Positions 60,244-64,000 of a stretch of 64,000 nucleotides of DNA are shown one piece after another; the first letter of the stretch is position 1; each line of letters opens with the position of its first letter. The stretch lies in the NCBI RefSeq assembly GCF_009914755.1, contig NC_060944.1; one strand, written 5' to 3'. The notes under the pieces were generated by a model that did no database searches, was not told where the DNA came from, and saw nothing but the letters and a program-made list of their open reading frames with translations. The DNA is from the human T2T-CHM13v2.0 reference genome, Homo sapiens. The position numbers and the translations under genes were made by a program.

Positions 60244-60724
60244 ACCGCTTACCCTGCGCCAGTCATATGCGTGGGCACTTGACTGCTTCTTGCCAATGAG
60301 ATGTCAGGAAGTATTTGCTGGGTTTTGGGGAAGTCACTTTCTTCCTGTTAAAAAGGCCAGAATCTTGGAAGGAGGGGGCCTGCCTCATGCCCCCTTCCTG
60401 CTGCTCTATGTGTGGTCCTGAGCGCACATATGCATGGCATTGAAGAGTCAACGTATGGCCAGGAAGGGCAATGTCACTGTCACCAATCGGCTGAGCCTGA
60501 CTGAGCAGAAAAGACCAGCCCAGGGAGTTCTTATTAACAAGACAGCAAATGCTTTCATAACATTGCTACTTGTAGCCAAGAGCACCCCCAACTGATCCAA
60601 GTTCATGAGGTTGATAATGATGTAGGTATGACCAGAACATCTCCCTGGCTTATTATGATGTTGCATAAGTCCTTTTCTTGCTCTGTATCTTTGTGACATC
60701 TGTAGTTCAAAAACCTTGGCCAGA

Positions 60725-61130
60725 CCAACTTACACCCTTTACGATGGCTACTGTCAAAAACCAGAAAATCACAAGTGTTGGTGAGGCTATGGGGAAATTA
60801 GAACTCTTGTACACTGTTGGTGGGAACGTAAAACCTTTGGGTGCAGCCACTGTGGAAAACAATATGGCAGTTCCTCAAAAAATTGAACATAGAATCACCA
60901 TATGATCCAGCCATCCCGCTTCTAGGTATGTACCCCGAAGAACTGAAAAACAGGGACTTGAAGAGAGATTTGTCTCCCATGCTCATAGCAGCGTTATTCA
61001 CAATAGCCAAAAGGTGAAAGCAACTCAAGTGTCTATAAATGAATGTTTAAGATGGTAAATTTTATGTTTGTATATTGTATCATAACTCAACATTTTTTTC
61101 CATGTCCATAGAAATGAAATAATAAACTTT
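60725..61130 (+). mobile_element. Old L1M fragment (ORF2 end / 3'UTR)
   Basis: gtgcagccactgtggaaaacaatatggcagttcctcaaaaaatt...gcagcgttattcacaatagccaaaagg. Confidence 0.85.
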
Positions 61131-61165
61131 TTTAAAATTAAACTTTTTTTTTTTTTAAGAAACAT

Positions 61166-61513
<348 letters not shown>

Positions 61514-62190
61514 TTAAAATCCACACCCTTTCCCTCATTTATGTCTGCAGGGCGATGGTCACTATTGTTCTTGCCTCTCCTCTGAGTTCCGGTCTCATTT
61601 ATCCAACAGACATCTTGACATCTCCACCTGGATGTTTTGAAGGCAACTCAAGCCAGTGTGCCTGGGTCTGAACTCCTGACCTTCCTTCCCAAACCTGCTC
61701 CTCCTGCTGTGTTTGCCTTTGGAGTGACTGCCACTTCTATCCATTATAAGTCAGAAATCACCTCCTCCTCAATCTCCTTCCCTGGCTTAATCCATTTCAA
61801 ATTCCTTGTGATTGTCCTTCCTAAATACCTGCCAAGGGCGGCCACCCCTCCAGTCACCTCTGACAACTGCAGTGGTACCCGACCCAGCTCCCTGTGCAGA
61901 CCAGGGCACCGCCCACATCCACGTTTCACGACAGGAGCCAGAGTGAGCTTTTCCAACTGCAGATCTGATTGATTTCATTCTAGTTTCACTGTCAGCAATC
62001 AATGCCATATGAAAATATTTCACAGAAAAATCCAACCCCTCCCATTATAAATTGCCATGCAGGCTTCTTCTGGGTTGATTTCTCATCTAGTTATAAGGGC
62101 CAAGCTGTCTTCTGGGTCTCTTTGGACTGAGTCTCTCAGGTTTGGGGTCTGACCTTGAGGGTGGGTGGGACAGATGTCACTGATGGTTGA

Positions 62191-62645
62191 TGCCTTAGTT
62201 TGGGTTGTCCCAGGTGCAGATTCCGAGACAAGAATTTGAGAGCAAGTAGTTTATTTGAGAGGTGACCTCAGGAAGCTCTGGCAGGGCTTTAGGAAGCGCA
62301 ACAGGAAAGGGAGGAGGCCAATTCAGGGCGTAGTATTCAGCCAGCTGGTGCAGAGGACAGCTGGAGTTCAGTCCCATGGAGAAATCACACACAATAGAGG
62401 AATCCCAGGAGCGAGGGACAGGGGGTATTTATACACCAACTCCTATGAGTTATTACTTGGGGGTTGTTGGAGGTGAGTGTTAATCCCCTGGCACCTCCCA
62501 CCTGCCACAGGTGTGGGTAGAGTGGACTGCTGAGGTCATGGACAAAAGCCTGCAGGCAAAAAGAAGAAGATATTGGCAGTTAGAAGTGGCTCTGAGCCTG
62601 CTGGAGGGTTCCAGGGCTATGTGGAGGGCACGAACAGCATCTGCT
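62191..62645. mobile_element. Old ERVL-class LTR (LTR33/LTR16-like, family uncertain)
   Basis: ttagtttgggtt...gagacaagaatttgagagcaagtagtttatttgagaggtga motif. Confidence 0.5.
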
Positions 62646-64000
62646 CCCCTGGGGATGATGACAGGTGACACTGGGTGACTCAGATCTTCTTGCCATAACA
62701 TGGAGACACATGGTTAGAAAGCCAGTCCATTGTCTCAAGGAGAAGAGTCCCAGTTTGGTGCTAATAATCTTAACACCTTTCCAACACTGTTCATCTCCAT
62801 CTGGAACCAAGAAAGAGCCAGCCTTGGGCCTAGTGTCTTTGGTAGGCCGTCGTATGTACCTACCTGCAATTGATGATGTTGCTTTGGTTTCTACTTAATG
62901 TTTTCCAATAAACTTAAGCATATAAAGTTTGCTGTTGAAATAAATTTATATAGTTAAAAAATAAATTGATCTTTAAAGTGTTCAATGCCATCCCAGGCTG
63001 CCCTCCATGAGACAGGTGGCAGGCAATGCCTAAATCAAGGGGACATAGTGCACGCTCTGCCATGGGCATCTCAGGCCTCTGCCCTCTGGGTTCCAGCCCC
63101 TCTCTAACCTGGTTCTCACTTCTCCCTGTCCACTCTATCCACCAAAGCCGCCTTCTCGCTCCCACTAAGTACGTTCTTGGCTCTGGCTTTGTTCCCACCC
63201 CACCCCTCTTCCCTCCTTTCTTTTCAATGTCCTGCTCGTGCTCGGAGGCCTGACTCCAACACCACCCCCCCCACCCCACCTGAGTCCCCGACCACCCCCT
63301 GCAACACACTCCCAGTGGGAGCTGAGGGCTTCCTGCTGGGGCCACCCCCACTCCAGGATTATTTCATGCTGGTGCTGTGCTATTGACTGTTGACAGGTGG
63401 GTCCCCCACCAGCCCCGGTGCTTTGTGGGAACAGAGTCCTGGCCCTCTCTGAGCCTGGCCTGGTGCTGTCTCAGAAGAGCCCATGGTCTGTGCTGAGCCA
63501 GTGCAAGAGCAGAGTGGACCGCAGCTTCCTCCTCCACGGCACTCCCGAAGCCCCTCGGGTGACTCCGGCCAACCAGGTGTTCCAGCAGAGAGAAGGAGGA
63601 TTATGGGTGTGACTGTGGCCCTTGTCCTTCCACGGCTCAGGCCGCACTGTGGGAGCTGGTCGCCTTTTAGCCTTTTAGCACTGGTCCATCCGTTTCTTTC
63701 CATTGCCCCGTGGAGTCTGTGGCCTTTTCTCCGGGTTCTGACTGAGACCAGAGTCCAGCCTGCCTGGGGGCAGTTGTACACTGCCTTGAGTGCCTGGTGA
63801 CAGGGTGACAGCACTGCCAGCGTCTCTGGGTTGGGTTTGGGGAGGCACCAGAGGCCTGAGCAGACGGCTGGGGTTGGTTATGGCTGCTGGGAAGGGCACA
63901 AAGCCAGGAGTGGGTGGGGCAGGGAGACCATGAGGAGCCTGTGCAGCCCGTTTTGTCTCAGCAGAGGGGCGAGTCCCAGTAGCTTCCCCGGGCCAGGGCG

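Overview
Human-type (Alu-rich primate) genomic DNA containing the 5' part of SULF2 (extracellular heparan-sulfate 6-O-endosulfatase 2) on the minus strand. Recognisable parts: a CpG-island promoter with candidate alternative non-coding first exons (~48.0-49.9 kb), a ~28 kb intron 1, exon 2 (20293-20567; 100 nt 5'UTR plus 175 nt CDS with signal peptide and DD metal ligands), a ~20 kb intron 2, and the first 107 nt of exon 3 with the catalytic CCPSR motif, cut by the window edge. The remainder is intronic or upstream DNA with about 28 Alus, L1/L2/MIR fragments, MaLR/ERVL LTRs and hAT-Charlie MER elements. Almost all entries in the ORF track are spurious. I found no evidence of a new multi-gene system. 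The best leads are regulatory or structural: an ATG directly abutting an 18-unit CAG/CGG repeat in the 5' leader (a 41-aa Gln/Arg uORF), a uORF plus overlapping-uORF pair in the distal first exon, an Alu-bracketed start-codon exon whose circle would encode a 122-aa signal-peptide protein, a non-Alu 110-bp inverted repeat, and several rearrangement scars. Repeat family names come from recalled consensus sequences and their boundaries are approximate.
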